Origin: Sphingomonas sp.
GTDB lineage: Bacteria > Pseudomonadota > Alphaproteobacteria > Sphingomonadales > Sphingomonadaceae
Direction of reading: 5' to 3'
DNA: 64,000 nucleotides
Assembly (NCBI RefSeq): GCF_031361285.1
Contig: NZ_JANMCO010000046.1
Span: 11,886-75,885, forward strand
Shown piece by piece: positions 61,964 to 64,000 of this stretch (position 1 is the first letter of the stretch; every line of letters starts with the position of its first letter). A model generated the notes under the pieces. That model was not told where the DNA came from. It saw nothing but the letters and a program-made list of their open reading frames with translations, and did not search any database. The position numbers and the translations under genes are program-made.

Positions 61964-63217
61964 GTGGCGCTCACGGAAATCAACTTCGACGGGGTTGTCG
62001 GGCCGAGCCACAATTATGCCGGCCTGAGCCTCGGCAATCTGGCCTCGACCCGCAATGCCGGACAAGTTTCGCAACCGCGCGCCGCGGCGCTCGAGGGCGT
62101 CACAAAGATGCGCGCCAATCTCGATCTCGGCCTTGTCCAGGGAATCTTCCTCCCCCACCCGCGCCCCAACCGCGCCTGGCTGACCGAGCTTGGCACGACC
62201 ATCGACGCCGCCGGGTCAGCGCTCGCCGCCAATGCGATGTCGGCGTCGGCGATGTGGGCGGCGAACGCGGCAACGGTTTCGCCCGCCCCCGACACAACCG
62301 ACGGCAAGTGTCACCTGACCGTGGCCAATTTGCGCACCATGCCGCACCGCAGCCACGAATGGCCGGCGACGCTCGCGCAGCTGCAGCTTGCGTTCGACGA
62401 TACCGGGCATTTTGTTGTGCACGCCCCGGTTCCACCCGCGTTCGGCGATGAAGGCGCGGCCAACCATATGCGGCTCGCCCCGGCCTATGGCGAACCGGGT
62501 GTAGAAATCTTCGTCTACGGCGTGTCGGGCGGCGCCTTCCCGACCCGCCAACATATCGAAGCCTCGCAAGCGATCGCGCGCCTCCATCGGCTCGATCCGG
62601 CGCGAACCCTGTTTGCCGAGCAATCGGAGCAAGCGATTGCCGCCGGCGCGTTCCATAACGATGTCGTCGCGGTCGCCAACGGGCCCCTGCTGTTCGCGCA
62701 CGAACAGGCGTTCGCGGATCGCGACAGGCTGATCGCCGATTGCGCGCGGCTGGTCCCAGGTTTCGAACTGGTCGAAGTGCCTGCGGCGGAGGTTTCGCTA
62801 GCCGACGCCATCTCTTCTTATATGTTCAACGCCCAGCTGGTGAGCCCGCCCCACGGCGAGACCACGCTCATCGTCCCGGCCGAAGCGCGGGAGACGCCAT
62901 CGGTCTGGGCCTGGTTGCAGCGGCACCTGGCCGGCAATGGCCCGATCCGCCGGGTCGAAGTGGTCGACGTCCGCCAGTCGATGGCCAATGGCGGCGGTCC
63001 GGCATGCCTCCGCCTGCGCGTCATTGCCGATCCTGCGGCGGTCGACCCACGCTTCCTGGTCGATCACGCCAGGCTCGATCGGATCGCCGAGGTCATCGAG
63101 CGCCATTGGCCGGCCGAAATTCACAACGACAATCTGCAGGACGTGACGCTGATCCACGACATCGAGACCGCGCGCGCCACGCTATTCGCCGCGCTCGACC
63201 TGGGCGAACTAGCCTAG
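61964..63217 (+). CDS. astB: N-succinylarginine dihydrolase
   Basis: EINFDGVVGPSHNYAGLS, GDEGAANH, FHNDV, NGGGPACLRLR. Confidence 0.96.
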   Translation: MALTEINFDGVVGPSHNYAGLSLGNLASTRNAGQVSQPRAAALEGVTKMRANLDLGLVQGIFLPHPRPNRAWLTELGTTIDAAGSALAANAMSASAMWAANAATVSPAPDTTDGKCHLTVANLRTMPHRSHEWPATLAQLQLAFDDTGHFVVHAPVPPAFGDEGAANHMRLAPAYGEPGVEIFVYGVSGGAFPTRQHIEASQAIARLHRLDPARTLFAEQSEQAIAAGAFHNDVVAVANGPLLFAHEQAFADRDRLIADCARLVPGFELVEVPAAEVSLADAISSYMFNAQLVSPPHGETTLIVPAEARETPSVWAWLQRHLAGNGPIRRVEVVDVRQSMANGGGPACLRLRVIADPAAVDPRFLVDHARLDRIAEVIERHWPAEIHNDNLQDVTLIHDIETARATLFAALDLGELA

Positions 63218-63277
63218 GCCATCCGATTATTGTCCCGCACTGGGACCGGTTTGGGCCAACTCAGGGCTGGCGCCGAG

Positions 63278-63293
63278 TTAACGAGCGCTTTAC
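63278..63293 (+). promoter_or_regulatory. Candidate CtrA box
   Basis: TTAA-CGAGCGC-TTTAC (TTAA-N7-TTAAC with one mismatch); another GTTAAC just before the next start codon. Confidence 0.55.
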
Positions 63294-63352
63294 CATTCTC
63301 CTTAGGCCGGAAACCGCGGAACCGCGGGCCTGGTACAAGGTTGAGTTAACTT

Positions 63353-63715
63353 ATGAGCATGCGCCACAAGATCGGCCGACTGTTTGTCATCAAGACCCGC
63401 ACGGAAGCGTGGCTGGTGACCTATGCGGTGGCGCTTGGCGCCATAGAGCGCGGTCGCCACTATCTCGAAACCTATCCGGGTTTCGGTGGCTGGATGTTGG
63501 CTTTGGCGTGCACCGGCGTAGTGTTTCTAGTCGGCGCCAAGCTGCTCGACTCGGTCCGAGCGGAACCAGCCATGGTCAAGACTGGAAAGTACGCGCCGCC
63601 GCTGCAGCGCCGCTCGTCGTTCAGTCGTAGTCGACCCAGGCTGCCCCGGAGTCGCTCCGGTTCAAGGTCACCGATTTCGCTTCACAGAGATTTACACCCG
63701 ACCACACGGCATTGA
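63353..63715 (+). CDS. Small two-TM hypothetical protein
   Basis: Two hydrophobic segments; the C-terminal tail overlaps a convergent gene. Confidence 0.7.
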   Translation: MSMRHKIGRLFVIKTRTEAWLVTYAVALGAIERGRHYLETYPGFGGWMLALACTGVVFLVGAKLLDSVRAEPAMVKTGKYAPPLQRRSSFSRSRPRLPRSRSGSRSPISLHRDLHPTTRH

Positions 63716-63959
63716 CGCCGCCCGCCAGGGTCCCCTGAATATCGAACGCGCAGTCGGCGTCGCTGAACTGCACCGTTCCCCGCGCGCCGGCTTTCGGCGC
63801 CGCGCCCAGCGGCTGCCACGCCGTGGTGCCAAATCGCCGGATCGCCAGTGCGGTGATGTCGCGCCCGGTCGCGTTGACGATCGTGAAATTGCCGGCCCCG
63901 GCCATCGCCGGACCAGGCGCAGCAGCCAGCAATGCCGCAACAAAGAAAAGCCCACGCAT
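63621..63959 (-). CDS. Secreted hypothetical protein
   Basis: Signal peptide; NFTIVNATG, CAFDI, VNLCE. Confidence 0.75.
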   Translation of the reverse strand: MRGLFFVAALLAAAPGPAMAGAGNFTIVNATGRDITALAIRRFGTTAWQPLGAAPKAGARGTVQFSDADCAFDIQGTLAGGVNAVWSGVNLCEAKSVTLNRSDSGAAWVDYD

Positions 63960-64000
63960 GCGCCGTAATATACAGCGCAAACGCGGGCCGCTCAAAGCTA

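Overview
GC-rich alphaproteobacterial chromosome segment. Gene content and order point to Sphingomonadaceae (inference). It is mostly core genes: dnaK-dnaJ, fabD-fabG, rpsF-rpsR-rplI, folE, accA-xerD-aroK, cysS-cvpA-radA, cysK, a LiuR-like regulator with acyl-CoA dehydrogenase, purF, a 2-oxoacid:ferredoxin oxidoreductase, rppH and astA-astB, plus tRNA-Val(TAC) and tRNA-Arg(CCT). No IS, intact prophage or CRISPR array is visible. Main observations: (1) a probable gene-transfer-agent (GTA) deletion scar, where a strong promoter is joined to a 5'-truncated DUF2793 tail-fibre-like gene, and a 13-bp motif beside that promoter recurs between a divergent DUF6456 (GafA/GafZ-like) and XRE regulator pair 7 kb away; (2) an unannotated 28-aa membrane peptide overlapping both oxidoreductase subunit genes; (3) an ATP-grasp plus methyltransferase cassette between cvpA and radA, next to a triplicated radA 3' end. 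All calls come from motif recognition by eye; no database searches were run.
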